Assembly (NCBI GenBank): GCA_964016885.1
Contig: OZ024745.1
Span: 22,630,001-22,694,000, forward strand
Source of the DNA: Eledone cirrhosa
Lineage: Eukaryota
Reading direction: 5' to 3'
DNA: 64,000 nt
Of the stretch, positions 27,332 to 41,982 are shown piece by piece (positions within the stretch are counted from its first letter, which is position 1; the number at the start of each line of letters is the position of its first letter). A program made the position numbers and the translations under genes. Below the pieces are notes generated by a model. The model saw only the letters and a list, made by a program, of their open reading frames with translations, was not told the origin of the DNA and did not search any database.

Positions 27332-27607
27332 TAAAAGGAATTCCAACTTTGTCTGATTTACTCGTCTGATTTAGCAGTTGAAAGTTGCAAACTTAAACTT
27401 GACTGTCACCACACATTATGAACCTGAAGATTGCGAAAGCATGAAAGTACTTGTTCAATTAACACTTAACATTTAATATTATACCATACTATTTCATTCT
27501 AATACCATTATAAATTTTAAAGGATTGTAAATAAAACGAGTAAATCAGACAAAGTTGGAATTCCTTTTATTAATATAATCTTCTATACACAATCATACAC
27601 ACCCGTG
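27327..27607. mobile_element. two-armed PLE terminal insertion, family D
   Basis: Perfect ~39-bp inverted repeat, 27327-27365 vs 27536-27574; HHR inside; (TA)n on the left. Confidence 0.8.
27419..27457 (+). ncRNA. minimal type I hammerhead ribozyme
   Basis: tgaac CTGAAGA t-tgc-gaaa-gca-t GAAA gtac TT gttca; palindromic stem III AAGTACTT. Confidence 0.85.
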
Positions 27608-27647
27608 TATATTTATCTCTCTCTCTCTCTGTATATATATATATATA

Positions 27648-27987
27648 ATTCAATTGATATTAAATAAATGGAAACTATATTTATAAAACCATAATTATTC
27701 TATTATATATATTTTTCAAGGGTACCAAAAATGTTGGTACGCTATCATCAGATAAAATACAAAATGTTTTATAAATATTTGACATGACCAAGGATGATAC
27801 ACCTTAACGGTTCAAGTTATCTCTGGAAATTTTTGGTACCCTTGAAAAATATATATAATAGAATAAATATGGTTTTATAAATATAGTTTCCATTTATTTA
27901 ATATCAATTGAATACTTACTCCAGAAATTTGTCGAGTGCTTGTAAACATCTATATTTGTTAGATTTCCAACAAATTAAATATCTCTT

Positions 27988-27990
<3 letters not shown>
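27648..27990. mobile_element. two-armed PLE terminal insertion, family E
   Basis: ~84-bp inverted repeat, 27648-27731 vs 27829-27913; homologues at ~54600 and ~58640. Confidence 0.82.
27703..27758 (-). ncRNA. hammerhead-like motif
   Basis: Minus strand: ttttat CTGATGA tagc-gtacca-acattt-ttggtac-cctt GAAA aata TA; stems I/III are weak and AT-rich. Confidence 0.6.
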
Positions 27991-28060
<70 letters not shown>

Positions 28061-28170
28061 AACACACATACATATATATATGTGTATATATATATACATA
28101 TGTATATACATATATATATATCTTATGTTGTTTATTACATAACTAATAAGCTCTGTAACCTACATATATA

Positions 28171-28342
28171 AACGAAGGAAGTGTGGTAAAGAACCAGGTG
28201 GACCATAACGCACCAGAGTACTCAATACTTTGGGTAGTAGAGCGGGTAATAGGAAAAGGTTCAGGACGCCGACAGCAGAGCTCAAGCCGTTTCGACGGCT
28301 AACGGCTTGAGCTCTGCCGTCGGGGTCCTGAACATTTTCCTA
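28171..28342. mobile_element. two-armed PLE terminal insertion, family A
   Basis: Long-end arm on minus (28171-28301); short-end arm on plus (28301-28342) ending TTTTCCTA. Confidence 0.78.
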
Positions 28343-28413
28343 TATCTCTCTCTCTCTATCTATATCTCTCTCTCTCTCTCTCTCTCTCCTCTCTATATAT
28401 ATATATATATATA

Positions 28414-28453
<40 letters not shown>

Positions 28454-28511
28454 TATATACGTATAAATATATAATATATATATTTATTTATATATGTATA
28501 TATATATATAT

Positions 28512-29213
28512 AAGTTATAAGAATCAAAGATCTGTTCAAAACATTTATATGCTTACAAGTGTTTCCTCCAAACCGAGGTTTGGTTTCTTCGGAGCAATTT
28601 ATTAATGAATGAACACTTATATGACCTCCTTTTCAACCCAAGAGACATACAGATACATATGCAAACATTGTGGCTTGGTGGGTCGACATCCATTACAGAA
28701 TTTAGTGTGGCAGTATACATTTAGAGATTACATTCATATCAAAAGAGGACAAAATCAAAAATACAGGTTAAAATACATGAAATTAATGCGATAGGATAGT
28801 CATAAGCAGTTATTGAGTGCAATAGTTACACGTGTGGCAAGCACGTGCGTCTTGTTTATGTAATGCTATAGTGTGGCAGAGTGTTACATGTAATATAAGC
28901 ACTTAAACGGGTGATCAAGAGTGTTAAGGGGGTTGAACTGGTAATGAAACCTTTATATGAATGTTATAGCCTGTGCGTGGAGAAATAATATAAGCATTGA
29001 AAATATTGGAAATGCGTGACAAAGCGATGATATGGATTTCATGCACAGCACCATTTTCACAGTCCGGGGAGCGTATTTTTCAGATTATATGCCCCTCACA
29101 TAATCCACGACGATTCGATATTGGGCGTTTGACGATCCTGTTAGAGAATCCTAGTTTGTTGGTCTCTAGCTCAATAACCATAAATAGTATCCTTAATTCT
29201 ATTGTATATATAT
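28512..29213 (-). mobile_element. HHR-bearing non-coding/degenerate PLE derivative, family H
   Basis: Homologous to 37445-38818 over the first ~350 bp and at the right end (AACCATAAATAGTATCCTTAAT). Confidence 0.7.
28550..28596 (-). ncRNA. minimal hammerhead ribozyme, CCGAAGA variant
   Basis: Minus strand: tgct CCGAAGA aa-ccaaacc-tc-ggtttgg-ag GAAA cacttg TA agca. Confidence 0.75.
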
Positions 29214-29215
29214 AT

Positions 29216-30101
29216 ATGAAATAGTCTTTAAGACTATACAGAGCATTTGATGTTTTTCCAAATTGAAGGATAAGTATTTTAAACTTTATTTTATCATGAG
29301 TTAAGGGTCGATTGATTTTTCCCTGGATTTCACTAAATTCTGTGGATGAATTTGTATCCTGATTCTCTTTTTGAGATGAGTTTGAATTATTTTTCCTACA
29401 TCTTACGTTAACTATTTTTCCCATCTTGACGACATAGTCGCATATATGTTATGGAACTGTTAGCTTCTCGCTAAAACAATTTCTATACCTTTCATTTATA
29501 TTAATACTCGGATTTTTTTCCTTGAGTGCTTAAATTATCTGTGACTAATCCCGGTTTTTTTTATAACAACTGCGATAATATTGCTGTTTGCTGAACTCCT
29601 TTTGTAGAGTTTTTTTTCGGAATGTATTTGACTGTTATTTCTTGTAAACAAACATTCATTTTCATCCTGACGTCACTAGCCCTGTTTTTCCTCATGTGCG
29701 TTTTTCATAATCACGCATGATGGCGAACTAGCCAGTTTTAGAATTTCCTTTTTGGCTTATAATTCTGTGGGAGCCCTGGTTATCTGTTGAGCTCTGCTGA
29801 CGATTGAAATCCAACCGTGACCATCTCCACTGAAAGTTTTCATGAAATAGTCTTTAATGTTTTTCCAAATTGAAGGATAAGTATTTTAAACTTTCTTTTA
29901 TCATGAGTTAAGGGTCTATTGATTTTTCCCTGGATTTCACTAAATTCTGTGGATGAATTTGTATCCTGATTCTCTTTTTGAGATGAGTTTGAATTATTTT
30001 TTCCTACATCTTACGTTAACTATTTTTCCCATCTTGACGACATAGTCGCATATATGTTATGGAACTGTTAGCTTCTCGCTAAAACAATTTCTATACCTTT
30101 C

Positions 30102-30105
<4 letters not shown>
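29216..30105. repeat. ~270-bp near-perfect direct duplication (29216-29500 and 29842-30105)
   Basis: Identical text apart from a ~19-bp deletion near the start of the second copy and a few substitutions. Confidence 0.92.
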
Positions 30106-31659
<1,554 letters not shown>

Positions 31660-31685
31660 CATACATATATGAATATACTTATATA

Positions 31686-32603
31686 TCTGTGTGTGTTTGT
31701 GTGTGTGTCTGTCTGTCTATTAAAACGGTCGGCACACATCTCCTCTTAACACGTACGTTCAATTTTCGGTGAAATTGCTACACTTATAGATGAAGGTCCG
31801 GCGGAGACATCAGTCAAAAAAATGTTCAAATCGACTCACGCCAACTGCAAAAATCGAATTTGTAATGCATTGATTTTTCAGTTCAAATGTATAAATAGAG
31901 ATGAGCCACGAGTTATTTCCCTTTTATGGCGTCATTCTGTCCATCTATTTACGTTACGAATAAACGACGCGTGCAAAAGTATAAAAATACACGAACAACT
32001 TTCGGGCCAGCAAAATTTTAACCTACAAAATTCATGAGTTCGAAATTTCAACATCAAGCTTCCATTTTGCTTCATTTCCATTAAAAAGTCTTTTAAAACA
32101 ATATTTTTACTTGAAAACAAGCATATTTGAATACACCGTAAAACAAACTAATATTTTGTAAAAAAAAAGCATTGACCTCGAATAAAGCCTTATGAGATTT
32201 TCATTTAGAAGCAATGATTTTAAACGACAGACAGATAACGCATTTTTTTTTTTTTTTTTTTTTTCATGTCCATCCAATTTCTTTGTTTCAAAATAACTGA
32301 TAGTTTGGTTACGCTGATGTTTTTCTCTGAGACATGTGTTGCAGTGTTTACATTTTCGATTTTTGTTAATAGATTACCAGTGCAGTTTTATCCCCAGCAT
32401 CCTCATTTGTTTTAACATTCGGGTTATGGTTATGTTTTCTTAACTTCATAAGGCATACTGTTAGTTAGGGGAATATTAATCAAAAGTACCACATGAAAGT
32501 CTACACTGTAGACTCTACAGTTTTTAAGCCAAGAAAGGAACTTAACATTGTAACTTTAACACAGCTACTGAGCAGCCCCAAGCAACGCCGGGCTTTACTG
32601 CTA

Positions 32604-32604
<1 letters not shown>
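31686..32604 (+). mobile_element. non-autonomous Helitron-like element
   Basis: 3' end: GC-rich hairpin CCCAAGCAACGCCGGG then CTAG|T; (GTCT)n near the 5' end; 5' boundary approximate. Confidence 0.65.
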
Positions 32605-32658
<54 letters not shown>

Positions 32659-32663
<5 letters not shown>

Positions 32664-33069
32664 CAAGAAAGAAGATTGACATGGTTTGCAATACAAAAGA
32701 GGTTTTTAATCTCATTGCTGACAATTGTTTCTCTGATGCTCCGAAGAACTGACTGGTTATAATTTTGTATTGGCGATCGAGTAACGTGATAACAAGCGAA
32801 TAGCGATCTCTAGACCTACCAGTTCAGAGAAACAATTGTCAGCAATGAGATTAAAAACCTTTTTTGTATTGCAAACCATGTCAATCTTCTTTCCTGATTT
32901 ATTATTACTCCAAGTGTTTACAACATAGGAATTACAGCATACTCGCAACATCACTATGAATACGCCTTGTTGGGTCAAACCAAGCCTAGCGTTGATATCA
33001 TCCACTACCCGGAATACCATAACTGGACTAAACCTAAGGGGACTGGATATAACTATTATTTGTTACCCC

Positions 33070-33070
<1 letters not shown>
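32659..33070. mobile_element. two-armed PLE terminal insertion, family F
   Basis: ~77-bp inverted repeat, 32659-32735 vs 32824-32901, then a ~170-bp tail; (TA)n on both sides; homologue at 52985-53190. Confidence 0.85.
32737..32845 (+). ncRNA. hammerhead ribozyme, CCGAAGA variant with extended stem II
   Basis: tgct CCGAAGA a-ctgactggt...(~60 nt)...accagttcag-a GAAA caattg TC agca. Confidence 0.72.
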
Positions 33071-33106
<36 letters not shown>

Positions 33107-33204
33107 TATTGAAATTTCCGTTGGAAACAGAAAAGGTCATAGAAATGAAGAGTGCTCTATGTAAGTATCAGAGCAAAATTTAATGTATAAAATCAATATA
33201 ATTA

Positions 33205-33274
33205 CCTCATTACCAGAGGTTTCCCGAATGAGGCGAATACGAAATAAACGACTTCATTCGTTCGTCAGACGAGG
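33205..33274 (-). ncRNA. type I hammerhead ribozyme
   Basis: Minus strand: cctcgt CTGACGA a-cgaatga...tcattcg-g GAAA cc-tct-gg TA atgagg. Confidence 0.85.
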
Positions 33275-34058
33275 CAATATAAAACATGGGCAAATACTTA
33301 GAAAAACACATCAAGAAAATCAAAAAAATATATAGATAAATGAAATAGAAATTGAAATATATAAAAATCTATCAAGAAAAATAGTTAGGTGTGTGTATGT
33401 GTATGTATATACGCTCACAGATATGCATATATGTATATGTGCACATGTAAATGTATAGTTGGAAAGTGTGCGTAATTATAAAAATTTAGGGCAAATGTAT
33501 CTATATGTCTGTATTATACAGACAGAAATGGTTACATCGTAAATATAAGAATATAAAGTCGCGCGCATAAAAACGCCTGGACACTCGTACACTTAGATGT
33601 GGAAAGAAAGGAGGTAAAGATAGTATAATAATTAAAAGAAAAGTATCAGTTTCGATATATTTATAAAAATATAGTAACGATAAATTAGAAAGAAAAGATA
33701 GAAAGAAAAAATTAAAGAAAACAAAAAAAGGGGGTACATACATACACAGACACGCGTGTCTCACAAAAGAAATGTAAAAATAATTATGCTTATATACATA
33801 CGCGCACTTACACTTCCATACGTTCGATACGTACATACACACACACACACACACATACTTATACTCGCGCATATAAACCTGTTTGCATGCCCACGTATGA
33901 AACTGAGTAAGTAACAAAAGAGGGAGGGGGGGAGAAGAAAAAAGGAACAAAAACATAAAACCGAAATGTCAAAAACACGGATATAAAGACACTTACACAT
34001 ACGCATAATATATACATACACACACACACAAACACCTGTACACACACACATACATACA

Positions 34059-34118
<60 letters not shown>

Positions 34119-34510
34119 CATACACGCACGCGCGCGCACATACGTAGTCACTCATGTACATATATAAAAAGTATACACACATTAAGGCGTTCAGCCATAT
34201 TGAAATGTGGATAAATAAGTACAAATATAAAATTGTAAGATAGGCTGCGCAAAAATAAAATAAAAATAAAAATGAAAAATATATCTGGATTGAAAAACAC
34301 AAAAGACAAGTATAATCAGTTAGTGGAGGAAAAAGGGGAAGTAAAAGAAGGGGAAGTAAAAAATAGAAAATAGAAAGTGGATCGGAGAATAAAAGGGGGG
34401 GGGGGGGGGTTGAAGTAAAAATAAATAAAAGTGAAAATAAATGAAATTATTGACAAGGAAAAGAATGAAAGTAAGTCAGAAAGGGTAATTAAAAAGAGAA
34501 TAATAAGAGT

Positions 34511-36344
34511 TTATGGAGGATAAGTATCTGAAAGTGTGTTAAGTTTATATGAGCTGGAAAGCAGGTGTGATTTCATGTGTGGGCAACTGGTAAAAATTTC
34601 CGTCTTTGTGTTCAGGCAGGTCTTCGGTGATTTAAGATTTTGCAATATCCAAAATTTTTCATTTATGCAGAGCGTCCATTTTCTTGATCCTCTAGCATAT
34701 TTTTTAGATTGGTTCAAAATTGACCAATCTAGTTTATATTGGATGCCTTGATCTTTCAAATCCCAGATTCTGCTAGCCAGAGCTGTTGTAAATCTTTTTT
34801 CTGGATGTCGAAAGGATGCGACATGTGAGTAATAACGCGTTTTGAATCTGTCTTGCGTCATACCTACATATCGTTCACTGGTGACTGGATGGTTGTTGCT
34901 GATGGTTGTCACATTAGCCGCATATACAATGGCTTTGGTGTTGCATTTACCTTGTAATGGGCATTCACTTTTGATTCTACAGGAGCAAGTTTGATTTTCT
35001 CTAGGTGATGTCTTGTTGAGGATATAGGACTTAATGGGGGGACCGCAGGAATAGCTAATTTTAACACAGTTTCTGTTAAAGATCTTATAGTATCTATGTG
35101 TTCTAGGGAAATGTTTATCTAGGAGTTATAGGAATGTTTTGCCTACATTAGTTTTAACTGCTAGAGAGTAGGGGGGTGTGAACCAGATTATTTTTCTTTT
35201 CCTATTTTTATGTTTAATAGAGTTAGTGTAGTTAGGTATGTATTTAATCGGTTCGCTAAAGCCGCTATTTTGGAGGGCTTTATTATAGTAGGGGGATGCC
35301 TTATTGAAAATAGCTTCTGATGAAGAGAGGGTGGAGATCCTACGGCTAATATTAGGGATAAGGTTTTTAAAAACTATAGGTGGATGGCAAGATCCTTTAT
35401 TTATATATTTTAAGTTTTCATTAGGTTTATGGTATGGTTTATAAGAAGCAGTAGGCAAATCTAAGTTTATATCTAGGAAATCTACGTTGGAAAGGTTAGT
35501 ATCAATAGTAATTTTAAGATTAAAACTAGCAAAGGTTTTTATTAAGTCTTACCTTAATCTATCTAAGTTATGGCCTATGGTGGTATGGGAAAGTATTAGA
35601 CCATCATCGCGATAAAGCCCAAAAATATGGTTAGGAAATTTTTCTTTAAGTGTATGTAAGAGGAATAGGCCGACCAGATCACAAACCTCGGCACTGTCAT
35701 AAGAGCCCGTTGAGACATCGAATGGGTTCTCTGGGTTAGATATTTTTACCCAAGTGTCATTATCATTAAAAAGTAGAGTGTTCCTAGCATGCAAGATTAC
35801 ATCCTCTTCAATATCGGAGATATTAGTAAACCCTCTAGCGAAATTTAAAGCTTTCACTAAAAGGGTCTGAGTAATAGATGGGTAGAAATCTACGATATCG
35901 AATTGGGTGAATCTAGAACTGATTTTGTTTTTAATATTATTAAACCAATGTACTACGGAAGAGCTATTTATCCATTGGAGTAATTTAGACTTACTTCTAA
36001 TGTGTGTATTTAATTTATTTAAAATTTTTTTACTGGCAAGACCAATATCAGTCTTAGCAGGGTTGATTAATCTACAACTAGGGCGATTAATAAAGTTGGG
36101 TTTATGATCTTTAAGGGTGATATACGCAGAACGTTTAGCAAGTTTTTCTGTCCTATTATCTATTTTTAAAGAAACAGCTAATTCTTTAGCTTCCTTATTT
36201 ATATTATGGTACGTATTTATATTAGCTATTTGGTATTTAGAGGTGATATTATCTATTAATAGTTGGTCGTGTAAATTATTATTAACTTCATATAGGTTTT
36301 TAGTTTTATCTGAGAAGATGAACTTATTATTAGAAGATTTGAAA

Positions 36345-36345
<1 letters not shown>
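34511..36345 (-). pseudogene. PLE RT + GIY-YIG pseudogene
   Basis: GSYDSAEVCDL, GLYRDDGL, YHKP..SCHP, WFTPPYS, CSCRIKSECPLQGKC, IVY..YVGMT..FKTR; stops at 35549 and 35126; paralogous to 17229-19358. Confidence 0.9.
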
Positions 36346-36424
<79 letters not shown>

Positions 36425-36518
36425 GGTAACATGACAGTAGATTCTATAAGAAAATTATAAACTGTTGCAGATGAAACATTTTATTCTTCTGGGAGAAAAT
36501 ATGAAGAATAAAAAATAT

Positions 36519-36700
36519 AATTGTTTCTACTTTTGGCACAAGGCCAGTAAGTACCCAGTGCATTACTGGTACTTTATTTTATCGACCCCGTAAGGATGAA
36601 AGGCAAAGTTAACCTCGGCGGGATTTGAACTCAGAATGGCAAGGGCCGTAACTATGCGTCAAAGCATGGCGTCCGACTCTCTACCGATACTGCCAATCCC
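36519..36700 (-). mobile_element. tRNA-derived SINE (main family)
   Basis: Reverse complement of the full SINE. Confidence 0.9.
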
Positions 36701-36919
36701 CCCAAAATATGAAGAATAAAAAATATAATAATATTAAAATATAATAATAATAAAATGCACGATAACATAGATGTGTAGATCTGATAAAACTGAATGTTTG
36801 ACATTGATAGGACGCAGACCAGCCGGAAAATACGTCTATACATATTGTTTATGTTCATATTTATATATTTTCGTGGATATATATATAAGTATATATATAC
36901 TTACATACATATATATGTG

Positions 36920-37440
<521 letters not shown>

Positions 37441-37444
37441 TACA

Positions 37445-38818
37445 TTTTTTAATCAAAGTTCAGTTTAAATCATTTATTTGCTTACAATTGTTTCCTCCAA
37501 ACCGAGGTTTGGATTCTTCGGAGCAACTATTTAGTGATTTTTACATACTTGACCTCCTTTTCAACACAAGAGACATATAAAAACATATGTATATATTGAC
37601 CCACAGTGGGTTGACATCCATCATAATAATATAATAATATGCCAATTTACATACATTCATATTAAAGGACAAAATTAAAGTTAAAATTAAAATTAAAATA
37701 AATAAAAATAAAAATAAAACATTGGCAGTCTATGAAGATAAAGCAAGAGGAAAGTTTAGAGCAGTCGGTGTACGAAACAGTCTCACGTGTGGCATGCACG
37801 CGTGTCTTATTTATACAGTATTATAGTGCGGCAGATTGATACATGTAAAACAAGCAGTTAAAGCAGGCAATCAATAGCATCATGGGGTCTGTATTGTTAA
37901 AGCATTTTTCACACACACCTGTACGATATATACGTGTAAGCCCGTTTGTAGAGAAACACCAAAAATATAACAAATGTAACAAATGAGAAGCAAAACAGCA
38001 CCACTGTCCTCGCACCCACCACCACTCACACAATCAAGGAAACGCAATTTATATACTACATGTCCATTATACAATCCATGATGATTCAACATTGAACCCG
38101 TCACCACATCTAGCAACTAGCATCAGGGGCATACCTTACACCTCATCTCAACACCCATTAATCCACTTTAGCGCAAATAGTGACACCCTCATAGTACCTT
38201 TTACCCTGGAGATATCCCCATGTACTTCTACTTTTGGTATACTGGCCTTGAATTATTTGGACTACATTGCACCAATATATAAGTAATGTAAACTGTAGGC
38301 ACTGAATTGGTTGTGCTAACATTATCCTGTGCATGTAGTGCCACCATAGGATAGATAGATGATTAAGTAATTAATTCATGTCCTATATGCTGAATACAAT
38401 GATTTATGTACAGACGATATATGAGTTTTGAGTATAGGTGTGGCTTGATGGCCAGATTAGTGTCTTTGTATGAGAGAATTGACCTCTGGACCACACTGGT
38501 AATATTTAACTTTGCCATGCATTCAGAGATACAATGACCCGGAGCTTACCGGGAGTCATATATAGTAATAAGACCCTGCCAGCTTCTGGGAGTGGACTAC
38601 AATTACAAAGATCATTGATTTGGAGGTCTGACTCTTTGATTCATGTAATTTCTATATAACTGCTCTGTAAAACAACTGATGTTATTACATTGAGCTATTT
38701 ATCTTACTGGTAATAAGATAGTAATGAATTACTGTCTTTCACTATTTAGGGTTTAAAATATATATAACTATATAAGGTTTTATTATATACATAACCATAA
38801 ATAGTATCCTTAATACTA
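37445..38818 (-). mobile_element. HHR-bearing degenerate PLE derivative, family H
   Basis: HHR at the left end; minus-strand relics RCKVCP and HVVYKL..C near 38030-38150 resemble PLE linker/GIY motifs. Confidence 0.65.
37478..37526 (-). ncRNA. minimal hammerhead ribozyme, CCGAAGA variant
   Basis: Minus strand: ttgct CCGAAGA a-tccaaacc-tc-ggtttgga-g GAAA caattg TA agcaa; palindromic stem III. Confidence 0.82.
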
Positions 38819-39114
38819 TATATATATATATAAGAATTAATCTTCAATATTTAGAATTTAGATAAAAGCAACAGTAAAAAGTTAGATGTTTGTTTTTAAA
38901 AAAAGGTTTACTACAATGTAGCCCAGAGACAATCTGATTTCGGCAAATATGAATCAGATGGTTTTTTTCTTTGCCTAGAAACCTTTTGTTTTATATGGCT
39001 CAGTTGTCAAGTAATCCATCTATCTTAAGGTTTCAAACCTTGAGATTTCTTCCAGAGAAAGAGAGGGAGTGATGTGAGTGGGAGTGAGAAAGAGATATTT
39101 AGGAAAAATCAAAC

Positions 39115-39480
39115 CCAGTAGTGGACTCCCACTTCATTAATCGACATCGATAATATGAAAGGCAAAATTGACCTCGGTGGGATTTAAACTGAAAGAACAG
39201 ACAGACAGAACATATAACGCTAAACATTCTATCCAACGTTCTAACGACTTTGCCAATTTTCCTCGCCTTTTGCTGTTCAATATTATTAGGGCGGTGGATT
39301 GGCAGTATCTGTAAAGCGTTGTACGCCATGCTTTCCAGCATAGAGTTACGCCCCTTTATGATCTGAGTTCAAATCCCGCCCAGGTTAACTTTGCCTTTCA
39401 TCCTTACGGGGTTGATAAAATAAAGTACCAGTAATATACTGGGGTAATCGCTGGCCTTGTGCCAAAAGTAGAAACAATTA
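39115..39480. mobile_element. two SINEs: degenerate minus copy (39115-39265) and intact plus copy (39290-39480)
   Basis: SINE core and B-box on opposite strands. Confidence 0.8.
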
Positions 39481-39584
39481 TTACTTTATGATGAGTGCAC
39501 TCGCATTGGTGTAGCTAATGCCATGGCCTCCGCGTGTGTGAGACATATAAATGTCGTTGCAGGGTGGTTGTTGACAAGTTCCGC

Positions 39585-39899
39585 CTGCACCCTGTCTTGC
39601 CGCCAGAGCGCAGGCCGGTTCCCCCGACATGCCGCTCTCAACGACTTACTGAGAAGGAGCCTGGACGCAGCTCAACTGGAGCCAGCAAGCCTAGACCGCG
39701 GAGATGGCAAGCGTCCCGACGGAATCACCCGCTTCCCATTCAAAGGAGGTAGATCCCTCTCCTTCCCGTTTATTTTTCTTTCTTTTGCTCTTTTTCTCTA
39801 TATTTTCCTATTTTTTATTCTTTTGTTTCCTTTTCTATTGAACTGTGTTTACTGGTTCAGTGATAAAAAAAAAAATTAAAAAAACATTAAAAAAAAAAA
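39585..39899 (+). mobile_element. fragment of a CRE-like (restriction-like endonuclease) non-LTR retrotransposon with A-rich tail
   Basis: LSC..GR..RH..LND..R.L..A..EP..L.R.DGKRPDG.T..PF..G.SL followed by a T-rich segment and poly(A). Confidence 0.75.
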
Positions 39900-40120
39900 T
39901 CGCGGAATATGTATTCCGAATCCCGTGGGGTTGTTTCGTCATTATTGTAGGCCAAACATATATAAGAAACCATTATAAAATATAAGAAACCATTATTGTA
40001 GACCAACCACTATATTCCACACGTCTGATCTCACTGAAATATAAGAAATATATTCTGGAATTTCAGCCAAACTTCAATCTGGAGTTTTCCTAACTAATAA
40101 AAAACAAAATTTTTTAAATA

Positions 40121-40300
40121 ATTATTTCTACTTTTGGCACAAGGCCAGCAATTACCCAGTACATTACTGGTACTTTATTTTATCGACCCCCGTAAGGATG
40201 AAAGGCAACGTTAACCTTGGCGGGATTTGAACTCAGAATGGCAAGGGCCGTAACTCTATGAGTCAAAGCATGGCGTTCGACCCGCTACCGATACTGCCAA
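40121..40300 (-). mobile_element. tRNA-derived SINE (main family)
   Basis: Reverse complement of the full SINE. Confidence 0.9.
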
Positions 40301-40333
40301 AAAAAAATAATATTACTTAACTACTTAATAATA

Positions 40334-40490
40334 TACGAGTGTCGACTGAAAAGTTCATAGGCTGACGAAAATACTCTCATGGAATGTCCAAATGAGGTTT
40401 ATTTTTCACCATAGTCCTTGGAAAGTAATAATGTAGAGTTGAAATTAATGCATGCAAGATTTCACAGCTCTTGCATCACCCCTTCATAGT
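40334..40490 (+). mobile_element. mariner-like MITE end
   Basis: TACGAGTGTCGACTGAAAAGTTCATAGGCTGAC, homologous to 10911. Confidence 0.6.
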
Positions 40491-41514
40491 TACCCAATGA
40501 AATTTTCAGTTGACCCTCATAAACATAAGCGCTATCAATCACTCGTAAAATATAGATATAACCTTTGTAGAGAAGTTGTTGGTTTTAAAACAATTATTTC
40601 AAATATGTTTTATTTTTCAGTAATATTATTTATTTTTTGTCAGATATTTTCCTGTGTATCTCTTTAAATATTTTATAGACATTCTCCATCAATATTCCTT
40701 TTGTTGAAACATATGTGTCACCCAAAGTCTGATATATTTTAATGCTTATCTCGGGAGATTTCTTCCTACAGATGGCAGTATATATTCCTTGAGTAACAAT
40801 GTCTTGCCTCATTGGAAGGTAGATCTTTGGTAACATATTTAAAAGCTGATCGTTACGTGTTTGATTTTGTTGTTGTTTGTTTATCGGTTTATTTATCGGT
40901 TTATATAGTACCAACAATTCTTCAGGGTTTCTGCGACTAGTAGGGAAGGAGGAAATGTGGATATGATTCGAATTTTAGCAAGCACAGAGTAACTTGCAAA
41001 ACTCTCGCAAGAGCCAGATGCGGGTGTTGTTAAACTAGACGATGGATTAATCTACTAGCATAATATTTTCCACAGATATTTTACATAATCGATATTTTCC
41101 ACAGATATTTTACATAATCGATATTTTCCTCAGTTATATTACATAATCGATATTTTCGATCACAACTTAGGGTCTTAATGTTCTTTTTGTTTTCAACAGC
41201 TTCCAAAAGTCACAGCTGTGCTACAAATACACCATCAATAGAATTGTCAAAGTACAAAGAACAGTAAATATATATAGCGTGTAAATATATATATATACAC
41301 ACTAAAGGCCATGGGCGCGCTACAGATCGATGTTCTGTTTTAGGCGCCGAAAAATCTATGATCTGTAGTAAACAGCTGTTGAAGGGATACTTTTCTTCTC
41401 TTGTTTACGTCCCGTTTACCTTCTAACCCTTCGTTTTCAGTAACTACACAGCTTAACTCTTCACCTGTAATTATATATATATAGATATAGATATATATAC
41501 ATATATATATATAT

Positions 41515-41982
41515 TTCGTTTCTGAATTTGTTTAGCAAGATTCTTTATCTGAAAACGTGTCTTGAAACCGATATTGTTATACTTCGGGAGGGTCATGTTG
41601 CCAATAAGAAACACACGCACCAGTTGCTTTCACTTCAATTTATTATAAATTATAAATTTTAAATTATAAATTTCCGGTTGGTTGGTTGGTTCCACAACCA
41701 GATGGTTGCTCATATATTGTCAAAGTTCTTTCGTCACACATTCTGTGACATCTTCGGTGACTGGGGATTCTTTTCTTTGTTTTGTGCCTCTCCTTTGTTC
41801 TGTAGGACAGAACAAAGGAGAGGCACAGAATGTGTGACGAAAGAACTCTGACAATATATGAACAACCATCTGGTTGTGGAACCAATCAACCAACCGGAAA
41901 TTTATAATTTATAATAAATTGAAGTGAAAGCAACTGGTGCGTGTGTTTCTTATTGGCAACATGACCCTCCCAGAGTATAACA

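Larger units (their letters stand above)
33105..36345 (-). mobile_element. 5'-truncated Naiad-like PLE, family G
   Basis: Broken RT-GIY-YIG frame, ~1.4 kb 3'UTR with HHR, (TA)n at both ends. Confidence 0.9.

Noticed and set aside
29788-29825. CTGCTGA-hairpin hammerhead candidate
   Set aside because: Core mismatch and no GAAA after the stem.
40630-40917. 95-aa minus-strand ORF as a host exon
   Set aside because: No recognisable domain, and no supported splice sites.
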